Below, piece by piece: positions 29,338 to 39,562 of a stretch of DNA of 64,000 nucleotides. Under the pieces are notes generated by a model, which saw only the letters and a program-made list of their open reading frames with translations, was not told the origin of the DNA and did no database searches. The number at the start of each line of letters is the position of its first letter. The stretch's first letter is position 1. The stretch spans positions 1,120,001 to 1,184,000 of the forward strand of contig CAVRVY010000004.1 of assembly GCA_963724765.1 (NCBI GenBank), in the 5' to 3' direction. This DNA is from an uncultured delta proteobacterium (GTDB lineage Bacteria; Desulfobacterota; Binatia; Binatales; Binataceae). Both the position numbers and the translations under genes were made by a program.

Positions 29338-31784
29338 TCAGTCCTCTGCAGCCTTATCCAGTTCAAGAAGCTCCTGGTCCTTTTCCTCGACTGCTTTGTC
29401 GACCGGCTTCATATCCTGCACCGCGATGGTCACCTGGTGGATTTTGCCGGTGAATTTATTCTCGCCTTGCTTGTAGTCTTCGGTCACCGGGGTCTCCATA
29501 TCCTCGCCGACGTCGGCGCCCTCGTCGGCTGAAAAAACCATCGCGTTCGTGTGGTCGACGCGTCCCTCTGCGACCTTCTTGTCATTGACGAAAATCGTTC
29601 CGGTGCCGCCCGCTCCCATCCCGCCGTCGTATAGGCGAACTCGTAGCGGATAGTTGCGTTGCCAGGCGGAATTGGTTGCTTGGCCGCGACTGTGTACCGT
29701 TTCAGACCTACCCAGTTGTAGGTGTAAATTGGCCGGCCGTTCTTGAGATATAGCGTCCATCCGCCAAAGCGCCCGCCCTGGCATAAGATTACGCCGTTCG
29801 CGTTTTTATCCGGGACGTCGACCTCGGCTGTGATTGAGTGGGAGCGGTTCTTCACATTAATGAAGACGTTCTCCATCATTCCGGTCATACCCTCATAGAC
29901 CGTGAGCGATTTACGGCCCGCCATCAGGTCAGGCCGCCCTGCCAAGGCTGCGTTTGCGCGCTCGATTGTTCGATCGTCAATGGGCAGTACATGGTATTTG
30001 ACCGCTTCGATCATGAATGAGTTCTGCATCTGCTTGAGCTTGTCGCGGTTGCTCGCGGCGAGATCGTTGGCAAGGCTGAAATCATTTTCGGTGCTGTACA
30101 ATTCCCACTTGTCATCCGCGAGAGAGGCTCGTGGCTTCATCTCCCACGGCGCCTTGTGAACGGTGCCCGCCAGCCAACCGTCCTGGTAAAGGCCCCGGTT
30201 GCCAAATATCTCGAAGTACTGCACCGTATGGCGGCTCTTGGCGTTGGCTTGGTCGAATGTGTACATCATGCTCACGCCCTGGATTGGGATCTGCGCGGCG
30301 CCGTTTACCATTTTGGGCTCTGGCAATTCCGCGGCCTCCAAAATGGTGGGAGCCACGTCTATAACGTGATGGAATTGCGAACGGACTTCGTTCTTCGCCT
30401 TGATTCGCTTTGACCAATAGATGACCAGTGGATTGCGCGTGCCGCCGAAGCTCGAGGCGACCTGCTTGGTCCAGGTAAACGGCGTATCGCCGGCAACGGC
30501 CCATCCGGCGGCGTAGTGACTATAGGACAGCGGACCGCCCAGGTCGTTCATGCGGCTCAACTGTTCTTGAATGCTCTCCGGCACGCCGTTGAAGTAGGTC
30601 ATCTCGTTGAAGAGACCCTGCATGCCCCCTTCGGCGCTCGCTCCATTGTCGCCGACGATGTAGAACACGAGCGTGTTGTCCAACTGGCCCGTGTCCTGGA
30701 TGGCCTGAATCAGACGGCCAATCTCATGGTCGGTCATTTCTCCAAACCCCGCGAAAACCTCCATCTGATGCGCGAATAGCTTCTTCTCATCCGAGGTCAG
30801 CGCATCCCAGTCCTTGATGGCCTTCGGTTTCGGCGCGAGCTTCGTACCGGGCGGCACCACGCCCAGCTTTATCTGCCGCGCCAGCGTCTGCTCTCGCACT
30901 TTGTCCCAGCCCTGATCGAACTGGCCCTTATATTTCGCGATCCACTCCTTCGGCACCTGATGCGGCGCGTGAACAGCCCCCGGCGCATAGTAGATGAAAA
31001 ACGGCTTGTTTGGAGTCAGCGCCTTCTGCGTGCGCATCCAGTTGATCGCCTGATCGGTCATGTCGGTAGTGAAATGATAGTTGCGGTCGTGCGGAGGTTC
31101 GATCTTTACCATTCCGTCAAAGAGCATCGGCGACCATTGATTAGTCTCGCCGCCGATGAATCCATAGAACTTGTCGAAGCCTGAACGGATCGGCCACCGG
31201 TCGGTCGGGCCGGACACGCTGAGCTCCCAGGCTGCCGTCTCGTGCCACTTGCCGAACGCGGCGGTGCTGTAGCCATTGAGCCGGAGCGTCTCGGCGAGCG
31301 GTGCGACGCTGGCGGGGCGCACGCCGGTTTGTCCCGGAAAAGCGGTTGCCACTTCCATGATCGCGCCGGTGTTTACCACATGATGATTGCGGCCGGTCAG
31401 AAGCGCGGCACGCGTCGGCGAGCAGAGCGCCGTGGTATGGAACTCGTTGTAGCGAAGTCCGTCAGCAGCGAGCTTTTCGAGCGTCGGCATACGGACTGGC
31501 CCACCGAAGGCGCTGGCCTGGCCGAATCCCATGTCGTCGATCAGCACGATCAATACGTTGGGAGCGCCCGCCGGCGCCTTGACCTCGAATCGGGGTGGAG
31601 GCGTAGCCCTGCGTGCGTCAAGTTCCGTGATTGCCGGATACCTGGGCTCCGGGATCGGCAGCACGGTGCGATCCAGCGGAGCATCTTGAGCCGACGCTGC
31701 GCGCGCCACGCAGGCCGCCGCGGTCACGACAAGAACCACCATCCAGATTCTCGCTATCGATCTGTTCGCGACCTCAGGTTTCAT
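29338..31784 (-). pseudogene. Cys-type arylsulfatase with a frameshift near the C-terminus
   Basis: GGAG RBS, signal peptide, PNVLIVLIDD, CSPTRAALLTGR, FGKWH, GDNG; YEFAY switches frame at about 29630 to DGGMGAGG...FTGKIHQVTI. Confidence 0.88.
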
Positions 31785-31879
31785 GGCGTACTCCGCCGGC
31801 GATGCTCGGACCTTAATTGGTCGCGTTACGAAATCGCGCTCGGTGACTTGCATACTCATCGCGGCACACCGGCTGGTAA

Positions 31880-31955
31880 ATCAGACCTTGGTCCGATGCG
31901 TCCCGAGCATCCGAACCGAACCTTGACGCCAAAGCGAATCCGACCAAGGTCTGAT
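31880..31955. promoter_or_regulatory. Pair of 18-bp palindromic operator candidates
   Basis: ATCAGACC-TT-GGTCCGAT (31880-31897) and ATCCGACC-AA-GGTCTGAT (31938-31955) between divergent sulfatase and regulator genes. Confidence 0.75.
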
Positions 31956-32041
31956 TTCGTAGTTGTGCATAATCTGAGCATGCTGGACGTGAGCATCGGT
32001 GCGATCGTGATGGCCGTCCGCCCCGGAGACAATTTGCTCTT

Positions 32042-32428
32042 TTGACAACCGGAACGAAACCCGCCCTGATCCTGGTGGAGGACGATTCATCGGTTCTCCG
32101 CGCACTGCGCAGATTAATGCTCGCCGCAGGCTTTCGAGTGATGGCCTTCGATCGGCCGGACGCAGTTCTCGATAGCGAACTTCCGAAAGCCAACGCCTGC
32201 CTGGTGGTCGACGTGCATCTTCCCGAGATGAACGGGGTGCAACTCTGCGAGACCCTGGCCGCTTCTGGATGCCGGTTGCCGGTGATAATGATCACCGGCC
32301 ATGTCGACCAGGCTACGCGCGAATTAGTGCAGCGCGCGAAGGCCGTCGCCGTTCTGTTCAAGCCGTTTACCCGAGACTCGTTGCTGGAGGCGATTTCCGA
32401 GGCTCTGGCGGCCGGCAAATGCGTTTAG
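32042..32428 (+). CDS. Stand-alone response regulator receiver
   Basis: LVEDD, CLVVDVHLPEMNG, MITG, FKPF. Confidence 0.9.
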   Translation: MTTGTKPALILVEDDSSVLRALRRLMLAAGFRVMAFDRPDAVLDSELPKANACLVVDVHLPEMNGVQLCETLAASGCRLPVIMITGHVDQATRELVQRAKAVAVLFKPFTRDSLLEAISEALAAGKCV

Positions 32429-32495
32429 CCTTAGCTTTGCCCGCGATGGGCATCCTTGTAGAAAGGAGCAGCGATTAGGGCTAGAATTTGCTCGC

Positions 32496-33806
32496 GTGTC
32501 GCGAATTACGACTTCCAGACAAGCCGCCCCGCTGCGAGGCTCCAAGCATCCCGGCGCTTCATCTGATGAGACGCGCCAATTCGAGGAGTTGATCATCGAG
32601 TTGGCCAGTGCGTTCGTGCGGGTCACAGGCGACAAGATCGACCGGGAAATCAATCGCTGGCTGGAGCGAATTGTTCTGGCCCTGGGCCTGGATCGCAGCA
32701 CGATCGCCGAGATCAATCCTGCGGACGGTTGGGCCACCTTTAGCCACGGCTGGGCGCGCGAGCCGGAGCACATTATCGGCAGCTCGCTGGACGTCAACAC
32801 TCTGATGCCTTGGACCAAGCGAAAGATGCTGGCGGGAGCGACAGTCGTGATGCCGAACGTGGACGCGCTGCCCGACGAGGCCGCCGTCGACCGTGAAAGT
32901 ATGCGGCTCCACGGGCCCAAATCCAGCGTGATGGTACCGATAAGGGTTGGCGGAGTAGTCGTCGCGGCGGTCGGATTCGGAGCCCTGTACCGCGAGCGCT
33001 CCTGGCCGCCGCGGATTGTCCGGCGGCTGCAGACGGTGGCGCAGATCTTCGGCTTCGCGCTGGAGCGCAAGCGCGCGATAATCCAGGTGCTCCAACTGCG
33101 CAACGAACTGACCTATATCTCGCGCGTCAGCACCATGGGCGAGCTGGCGGCTTCGCTGGCGCATGAAATCAACCAGCCGCTGGCGGCGATTCGGAGCAAC
33201 GCCGAGGCAATCCAGAGCATGCTCGAATCGAAGACGCCGGACCTCGACGAAATCAAGGCGGCAGTCGCGGATATAGTCACTGACGACGCGCGCGCGGGCG
33301 AGACGATTCGCCGGCTGCGTGCGTTATTCCGGCGCGAGGACCTTGCGCGCTCAGAAATCGAGCTTGGAGAACTATTGCGAGAGGTCAGCCGCATAATCAG
33401 GAGCGACGCTATAATTCGCAAGATCTCGCTTACGCTTGACCTGCGCCAACCGCTGCGCCCGGTCTTTGCCGATCGAGTTCAGATACAGCAGGCGATAATC
33501 AATCTTCTCCTGAACGCGTTCGATGCGGTTTCCGGGACGGAAGAGAACTCACGCCAGGTCGCACTATCCGCGGTGGCGGAAGACTCCGGCTGCGTCAGGG
33601 TGCTCGTATACGATTCGGGCAAAGGAATCGACCCGGACGTTATGCCTCGAATCTTCGATGCCTTCTTCACGACCAAGCCCAATGGCATGGGAATGGGGCT
33701 GGCTATTTCACGATCGATCGTCGAAGCGCACGGCGGACGGCTTTCCGTTTCGTCAAACCCGGGCCACGGCACGACCTTTGAGATCACGCTTCCCTGTCCG
33801 GTCTGA
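32496..33806 (+). CDS. Cytoplasmic GAF-domain sensor histidine kinase (FixL/NodV-like core)
   Basis: MGELAASLAHEINQPL, NLLLNA, DSGKG, FFTTKPNGMGMGL; no evident TM. Confidence 0.92.
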   Translation: MSRITTSRQAAPLRGSKHPGASSDETRQFEELIIELASAFVRVTGDKIDREINRWLERIVLALGLDRSTIAEINPADGWATFSHGWAREPEHIIGSSLDVNTLMPWTKRKMLAGATVVMPNVDALPDEAAVDRESMRLHGPKSSVMVPIRVGGVVVAAVGFGALYRERSWPPRIVRRLQTVAQIFGFALERKRAIIQVLQLRNELTYISRVSTMGELAASLAHEINQPLAAIRSNAEAIQSMLESKTPDLDEIKAAVADIVTDDARAGETIRRLRALFRREDLARSEIELGELLREVSRIIRSDAIIRKISLTLDLRQPLRPVFADRVQIQQAIINLLLNAFDAVSGTEENSRQVALSAVAEDSGCVRVLVYDSGKGIDPDVMPRIFDAFFTTKPNGMGMGLAISRSIVEAHGGRLSVSSNPGHGTTFEITLPCPV

Positions 33807-33849
33807 AGCATCCCTTTGAGGGCGAACCGAAATCGCCTATCCGCGAACC

Positions 33850-34509
33850 ATGACGCAAAGAACGGTAGTAGCTATTATCGACGACGAGGAATCGGTTCGG
33901 AAGTCGCTGGTACGGATGCTTCAGGCAAAGGGGGGGCTCCAGGCGCTGGCATTCCCGTCAGCGCAACAGTTTCTGGACAGTCCCCAAAGCAAAATCGTCT
34001 CTTGCGTCGTGTCGGACCTGCGGATGCCCGAGATGGACGGGCTGGGCTTTCAACGGATGCTGCACGCGAAGCTGCCGCATCTTTCGATGGTCTTCATCAC
34101 CGGCCACGGCGACATTCCCGCCAGCGTCACGGCGATGAAGGCCGGTGCGGTCGACTTTCTCGAGAAGCCGGTGAAGGGCGCCACCTTGATCGATGCCATA
34201 CACCGGGCCAGCGAGCGCAGCTTCAAGTTGCAGGCCGTCAATGCCGAGATCGACGCATTAAAGGCTCGCTACGAGACATTGACCCCGCGCGAGCGCGAGG
34301 TCTTCTCGCTGGTCGCAGCCGGTCTCCTGAACAAGCAGGTCGCGGCCCAGCTCGGCGTCGCCGAGAAAACCATCAAGCAGCATCGTGGCCACGTGGTCGA
34401 CAAGATGGCGGTGCAATCGCTGGCCGACCTGGTCCTGATGGCCGAGCGTCTCGGCGTCAGGCCAAACGGAGCCGATTTCGCTAGAGCCATGGGTAAGCTG
34501 ACCTTATAG
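33850..34509 (+). CDS. FixJ/NodW-like REC-LuxR response regulator
   Basis: IIDDE, SDLRMPEMDG, FITGHGD, AMKAGAVDFLEKP, LTPRERE, LNKQVA. Confidence 0.95.
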   Translation: MTQRTVVAIIDDEESVRKSLVRMLQAKGGLQALAFPSAQQFLDSPQSKIVSCVVSDLRMPEMDGLGFQRMLHAKLPHLSMVFITGHGDIPASVTAMKAGAVDFLEKPVKGATLIDAIHRASERSFKLQAVNAEIDALKARYETLTPREREVFSLVAAGLLNKQVAAQLGVAEKTIKQHRGHVVDKMAVQSLADLVLMAERLGVRPNGADFARAMGKLTL

Positions 34510-34529
34510 AGCGCGCGGCGCCAATCCCA

Positions 34530-34547
34530 CTGAGACTAAAGTCCGAT
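34530..34547. promoter_or_regulatory. 18-bp palindromic operator candidate upstream of mlaE-like operon
   Basis: CTGAGACT-AA-AGTCCGAT. Confidence 0.6.
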
Positions 34548-34614
34548 TTGCCGCGGCTTCGCGCGCTGACATCATGGCCCAACACTGAGTCAGCATGGAA
34601 GAAGGCGTGATCCG

Positions 34615-35766
34615 ATGAGTGCTGTCGCACAGAGGCTGGATCAGGGACGGATATCCTTCGAGCGGACTGACGAGTCGACGCTCGTGGCGCACCTTTCCGG
34701 CCCCTGGCATTTGCAGCGCGATCTGCCGCCAATTTCCGTGCTGCTCGCCGAACTCGGTGCGCGGCCCGGCGCCAAGCGGCTATCGTATGAGACTGCCGAG
34801 CTTACGCACTGGGACAGCGGGCTGATCTCATTTCTGACCAATACGGCCGAGATCTGTCGCGCACGCGGGATCGTCGAGGATCGCGGCGGGCTTCCGGCCG
34901 GCCTAAGACGCCTGCTCGAACTGGCCGAGGCGGTTCCTGAAAAAAAGGGCGCGCGCAGCGAGGCGGTGCGCATCTCGTTCTTCGAGCGCGTGGGCAACGT
35001 GACGATCGGCTATGGCCTCTCAGTGGGCGAGTTTCTGGGTTTCCTCGGCGATGTGACGCTGGCCTTCGTAAAATTTTTCCGCGGCAAAGCGCGCTATCGA
35101 AAGATCGACCTGCTCGAGGTCATCCAGGAATGCGGCCCCAGCGCGGTCGGAATCGTCACCCTGATCTCGTTTCTGGTCGGTGTGATCCTCGCCTTCATGG
35201 GCGCGGTGCAGTTGTCGCAGTTCGGTGCGTCGATTTACGTCGCCGATCTAGTCGGCATCGGCATGGTCCGCGACATGGCCGCGATGATGACGGCGATTAT
35301 CATGTCGGGCCGCACCGGGGCCGCGTTCGCCGCAAAGCTCGGCACGATGAAGGTGACCCAGGAGATCGACGCGCTGACTACGATGGGCGTGTCGCCGCTG
35401 GAGTTTCTGGTCCTGCCGCGGGTGCTCGCGCTGGTGCTGATGATGCCGCTGCTCTGCCTGTTCGCAGACCTGGTCGGAATACTCGGCGGCCTGTTCGTCG
35501 GGGTCGCGATGCTCGATCTGTCCGCCGGCAGTTATCTGCGCGAGACCATCTCGACTCTGACCCTGGTCAACCTGTTCGGCGGGATAATCAAGGGAACTTT
35601 CTACGGCGTGCTGATAGCAATTGCCGGATGCCTGCGCGGCTTTCAGTGCGGCAACAGCTCCTCGGCGGTCGGCGATGCGGCGACGCAGGCGGTGGTGATG
35701 GCGATCGTCATGATCGTGGTCGCTTGCGGCCTGTTTGCCGTGGTTTTCAATTTCCTGGGGATTTGA
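34615..35766 (+). CDS. mlaE: MlaE-family ABC permease with N-terminal STAS-like region
   Basis: SGRTGAAFAAKLGTMKVTQEIDALTTMG, PRVLA, VGDAATQAVV. Confidence 0.92.
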   Translation: MSAVAQRLDQGRISFERTDESTLVAHLSGPWHLQRDLPPISVLLAELGARPGAKRLSYETAELTHWDSGLISFLTNTAEICRARGIVEDRGGLPAGLRRLLELAEAVPEKKGARSEAVRISFFERVGNVTIGYGLSVGEFLGFLGDVTLAFVKFFRGKARYRKIDLLEVIQECGPSAVGIVTLISFLVGVILAFMGAVQLSQFGASIYVADLVGIGMVRDMAAMMTAIIMSGRTGAAFAAKLGTMKVTQEIDALTTMGVSPLEFLVLPRVLALVLMMPLLCLFADLVGILGGLFVGVAMLDLSAGSYLRETISTLTLVNLFGGIIKGTFYGVLIAIAGCLRGFQCGNSSSAVGDAATQAVVMAIVMIVVACGLFAVVFNFLGI

Positions 35767-35780
35767 GCGCGCACCTCACG

Positions 35781-36587
35781 ATGGCTGCAGGAAACAGCGA
35801 AAATCGCTCCAACGAGGAGCCGCACATCATCGTCCGCGACCTGACGATGGCCTACGGCAGTTTCGTCCTGATGCGCGATCTCAACTTCATGGTGAAACGC
35901 GGCGACATGTTCATCATCATGGGCGGCAGCGGATGCGGCAAGAGCACGCTGCTGCGCCATCTGATCGGGCTCAAGGAACCTGCGACGGGGGAGATCCTCT
36001 ATGGAGACGTGAATTTCACCCGCGCCGGGCAGGAACAGCGCGAACGGCTGCTGCGACGCTTCGGTATTCTGTACCAGAGCGGCGCACTGTGGAGTTCAAT
36101 GACGCTAGCGGAGAACATCGGCCTGCCGCTCGGCGAGTTCACCGATTTGACGCCGTCGCAGATCCGCGAAATCGCCGCGCTCAAGCTGGCGCTGGTCGGG
36201 CTCAAAGGTTTCGAAGACTTCTACCCCAACCAGATCAGCGGCGGCATGCAGAAGCGCGCGGGGCTGGCGCGCGCGATGGCGCTCGATCCGGACATCCTGT
36301 TCTTCGACGAGCCGTCGGCCGGACTCGATCCGATTAGCTCGCGCCTGCTCGACGATTTGATCCTCGAGCTGCGCGCGAATCTTGGCGCAACGATAGTCGT
36401 GGTCACCCACGAGCTGGCCAGCATCTTTACCATCGCCAACAACAGCGTCTTCCTGGACGCGGAGTCGCGCGTCCAGATCGCGACCGGCGATCCGCATGAC
36501 ATGCTTGCGCATTCGAAAGACCCGCGGGTACGAAGGTTTCTCACTCGCGGACAAGAGGGAGGCGACTCAGTAGGCAGTCATGAGTAA
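35781..36587 (+). CDS. mlaF: MlaF-family ABC ATPase
   Basis: GGSGCGKS, ISGGMQKRAGLARA, FFDEPSAGLDP. Confidence 0.93.
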   Translation: MAAGNSENRSNEEPHIIVRDLTMAYGSFVLMRDLNFMVKRGDMFIIMGGSGCGKSTLLRHLIGLKEPATGEILYGDVNFTRAGQEQRERLLRRFGILYQSGALWSSMTLAENIGLPLGEFTDLTPSQIREIAALKLALVGLKGFEDFYPNQISGGMQKRAGLARAMALDPDILFFDEPSAGLDPISSRLLDDLILELRANLGATIVVVTHELASIFTIANNSVFLDAESRVQIATGDPHDMLAHSKDPRVRRFLTRGQEGGDSVGSHE

Positions 36588-37557
36588 ACGGGTCAGTCCA
36601 GCGGTAATCGGCGCGTTCGTCGTCGCCAGCTTTGCGATCCTGGTGGTAGCCTTGATCGTAGTCGGCTCGGGCCGGATGTTCACCAGGCCGATTCGCTTCA
36701 TCTGCATGTTCCAGGGCAACCTCAACGGATTGAAGATTGGCGCGCCGGTCAAGGTCAGGGGAGTGCAGATCGGCACGGTCGCGGCGATCGAGCTCAGGCT
36801 CTTGCCCTCCCAGGGAACGATACGACCGGGTATCAGGGGTCTTCGATTGCCGGTCATCATCGATGTCGACCGATCGCAACTGCTGGCGAGGGGAGGAACC
36901 GGCGCGGCGCTCGACAAGACCGGCTTCGATGACATGATCAAAATGGGAATGCGGGCGCAACTCAATACAGAAAGTCTTCTGACCGGACTTCTGTATATCG
37001 ATCTCGATCTCCACCCCAACACGCCAATCAAATATGTGCTGGAGCCGGGCGGACCTTACCGGGAAATCCCGACCGTGCAGACCGACCTGGCGCAGCTCCA
37101 GGAACGGCTGACGCAGGCACTGGATAAATTCGAGAAGATCGACTTCCAGGCCCTGGTCACCTCAATTACCGACGCCGCCAACTCGATCAAGACTCTCACC
37201 GGTTCGCCGGAACTCAAGGCCACGTTGGAGTCGCTCAAGGGAACAGTTGCGAATCTGAACCAGGCGGTCACCTCAGCCCGCAATCTGCTCAATAGCGCCA
37301 ACTCAAAGGTCGGTCCGCTGGTTACGGATATTCGAGAGAGCTCGGACGAAGCCAACAAGACGATGAAGGAAACCCGTGCCGCGTTGGTCAGCCTCCAGCA
37401 AACGCTCGATCCCGGCTCGCCACTGGCGGTGCATCTCAACCAGACCCTCGACTCACTTACCGAGACCTCGCGATCGCTCGGAGAGTTCACCGACTATCTG
37501 CAGCGCAATCCAGGCGCTTTGATCCGCGGACGGTACGTGCCGGACAAGGATAAGTGA
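36580..37557 (+). CDS. mlaD: MlaD/MCE protein with helical extension
   Basis: IGAFVV TM, GLKIGAPVKVRGVQIG, RAQLNTESLLTG, NPGALIRG. Confidence 0.88.
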   Translation: MSKRVSPAVIGAFVVASFAILVVALIVVGSGRMFTRPIRFICMFQGNLNGLKIGAPVKVRGVQIGTVAAIELRLLPSQGTIRPGIRGLRLPVIIDVDRSQLLARGGTGAALDKTGFDDMIKMGMRAQLNTESLLTGLLYIDLDLHPNTPIKYVLEPGGPYREIPTVQTDLAQLQERLTQALDKFEKIDFQALVTSITDAANSIKTLTGSPELKATLESLKGTVANLNQAVTSARNLLNSANSKVGPLVTDIRESSDEANKTMKETRAALVSLQQTLDPGSPLAVHLNQTLDSLTETSRSLGEFTDYLQRNPGALIRGRYVPDKDK

Positions 37558-38225
37558 CCGTGATGAATCTCAAGACGAAGGTGATCGCGTTCGGCGCGTG
37601 CGCGATGGCGGCGGGATGTTCGGTACTCTCGCCCCAGCCCGACCGCTCCAAGTTCTTCATCCTGACCCCTGTTTCCGACAGCGCCAGGATGTCCGCCAAT
37701 CCGGCCTCGACCAACCCGAGTTCGCAGCTCACCATCGGGGTGGGTCCGGTCGATTTCCCCGAGTATCTTCGCCGTCTGCCGGTGGTGACGCGCGTCGCGC
37801 CCAACCGAATCGATCTCTCCGATGAAAAGCGCTGGGCCGAGCCGCTCGACAAGAATTTCGTACGCGTGCTGTCGGAAAACCTTGCGACGCTGCTGAACAC
37901 CCAGCGGATCGAGAAATATCCGTGGGCGCTGAGGGCCAAGGTCGACTACCAGATCGAAATTGACGTCCAACGGTTCGAGACCACCAGCGACGGCCAATCG
38001 CAGCTACTCGCGAGCTGGATCATCAGAGATGGCCAGAGCAGCAAAATCCTATACGCGTCACGGACCACCGCCGGAGCGCCTGCGGGGGCCGACGAGCTCA
38101 GCGCGTCATCAGCCCTGAGCAGCGATCTGGCGACGCTCAGCAAGGAGATTGCCTTGCGGGTCACGGAACTTAGCCATCATCGCACCCCCATCAACGCGGA
38201 TTCGAGTGCCGCTTCAGCCTCCTGA
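37554..38225 (+). CDS. PqiC-family lipoprotein
   Basis: Lipobox AAGC, VGPVDFPEYL, RWAEPL, IDVQRF. Confidence 0.88.
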   Translation: MTVMNLKTKVIAFGACAMAAGCSVLSPQPDRSKFFILTPVSDSARMSANPASTNPSSQLTIGVGPVDFPEYLRRLPVVTRVAPNRIDLSDEKRWAEPLDKNFVRVLSENLATLLNTQRIEKYPWALRAKVDYQIEIDVQRFETTSDGQSQLLASWIIRDGQSSKILYASRTTAGAPAGADELSASSALSSDLATLSKEIALRVTELSHHRTPINADSSAASAS

Positions 38226-38303
38226 CTACCATCGCACGACGGCGGCGTGTCTCACCGGAAGCGGCTATACCGTAAACCAGGACTGGTGACGGACAATACT
38301 CAT

Positions 38304-39263
38304 TCAGAGTTCAAGCTTCGGAAATAATAGACCGACCTGAAAATTCATAGTGAATTGCTCAGTCTCATTGACAAACTGCCGATAGGCGGTCCACTCACCC
38401 GAAGCGGAAGTATCGATCGCGTAGCCATTGGAAAACTGCCAGACCCTGCCGAATCCCGCACTCAGTGGGATTGTGGTCGAGGTCTTGTGGCGCAGGTTGA
38501 AAGTCCACGTCGCGTCACTCGAGCTCAGGTACCATCCGTGCCCGAGCTCATAGCTCAGAATCGGCTGAAACGTCAGCGCGGAAACCGGAGTCGCCTTCGA
38601 CGAAGTATACGCGAATGAGGTCGCTTGCTGCAGAAGTCCGGCGATATCAAGTCCGGGAATTCCGCGATAGGAAAAAGCCCCGGCCGGTCCCATCTGCCAC
38701 GATTTGTTTCCAGTGCGGTCACTCGACGCAGTCGGAAACACCAGATATGGTCCGATTCCCAAACGCAGGCCAATCTCCTTTGAGTTCGGCCATGGTATCG
38801 CAAACAGGTCAAGCAATTGCATGTCGTCGTACGCCGTTGTCGTCGATGCGCCCTTTCCATTGGGAACGGTCACTATCTTGATTGTCGGACGGATAAGCTG
38901 TTCCACAGGGATGAATGAGAAAGGACGAATCGCGAAGATCGACCTGAGCTGTACCGTATTCGGCTGCGCATTGGTGCCGTATTCGGCCGGAGTATATAAG
39001 TCTTTGACTTGTATCTGAGTCAGGTACGAGAGCGGATCCGTTACCTGTTCGGCCAGTGGTTCATTGTCGGACTGGCTGGCAGGTACAGACACTGATTGCC
39101 CGTAACTGAGCGAAGGGCGCGCAATCAGAAGCATCGCCAAGATCAGGACCTGGCCGGGCGCGGCTTTGACATACTTGCGTGCCGGTCCATCGTTGCAAGA
39201 GCGCTGGTCCGCGCGGCTCGCCGGCCGCAACACCCGCGAGTCCGTTTCTAATGAAATTTCCAT
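38304..39263 (-). CDS. Putative outer-membrane beta-barrel protein
   Basis: Alternating beta strands, GIGPYLVFPTA, WQMGPA, FQPILSY..G.GWY; start uncertain. Confidence 0.65.
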   Translation of the reverse strand: MEISLETDSRVLRPASRADQRSCNDGPARKYVKAAPGQVLILAMLLIARPSLSYGQSVSVPASQSDNEPLAEQVTDPLSYLTQIQVKDLYTPAEYGTNAQPNTVQLRSIFAIRPFSFIPVEQLIRPTIKIVTVPNGKGASTTTAYDDMQLLDLFAIPWPNSKEIGLRLGIGPYLVFPTASSDRTGNKSWQMGPAGAFSYRGIPGLDIAGLLQQATSFAYTSSKATPVSALTFQPILSYELGHGWYLSSSDATWTFNLRHKTSTTIPLSAGFGRVWQFSNGYAIDTSASGEWTAYRQFVNETEQFTMNFQVGLLFPKLEL

Positions 39264-39379
39264 TTTCTCTCACGATTCAAACTGACCGGCCGTCAAGGGA
39301 CAGCCGGCTTTTCGCTTTCCTCCATCACCCGGGACCACTTCGCAGTCCCCATGGTGCGTGACATTCAGAGGCCGCGCAA

Positions 39380-39460
39380 ACCGGACTTAGGTCCAATAGC
39401 CCAGGCGCTCGCCGAATGGGAGACCGGCGCGGCATCCTGCGCCTAGGACCAAGGTCCAAT
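39380..39460. promoter_or_regulatory. Pair of 18-bp palindromic operator candidates
   Basis: ACCGGACT-TA-GGTCCAAT (39380-39397) and CTAGGACC-AA-GGTCCAAT (39443-39460) in divergent intergenic region. Confidence 0.72.
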
Positions 39461-39562
39461 TGGCAAAGCTTTAGTCCGCAAGACAACATGACGCCGTCAG
39501 ACGCCTCGCGGAGGACCTGGCAGTCGAAAAACAATAAACGGGATATACGGAGAGCTAAAACG

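Noticed and set aside
31878-31957. 16-bp inverted repeat as MITE ends or terminator
   Set aside because: Each arm is itself a copy of the recurring 18-bp palindrome, so paired operators explain it better
35130-35780. N-terminal extension of the MlaF ORF
   Set aside because: Overlaps mlaE in another frame; a high-GC open-frame artefact
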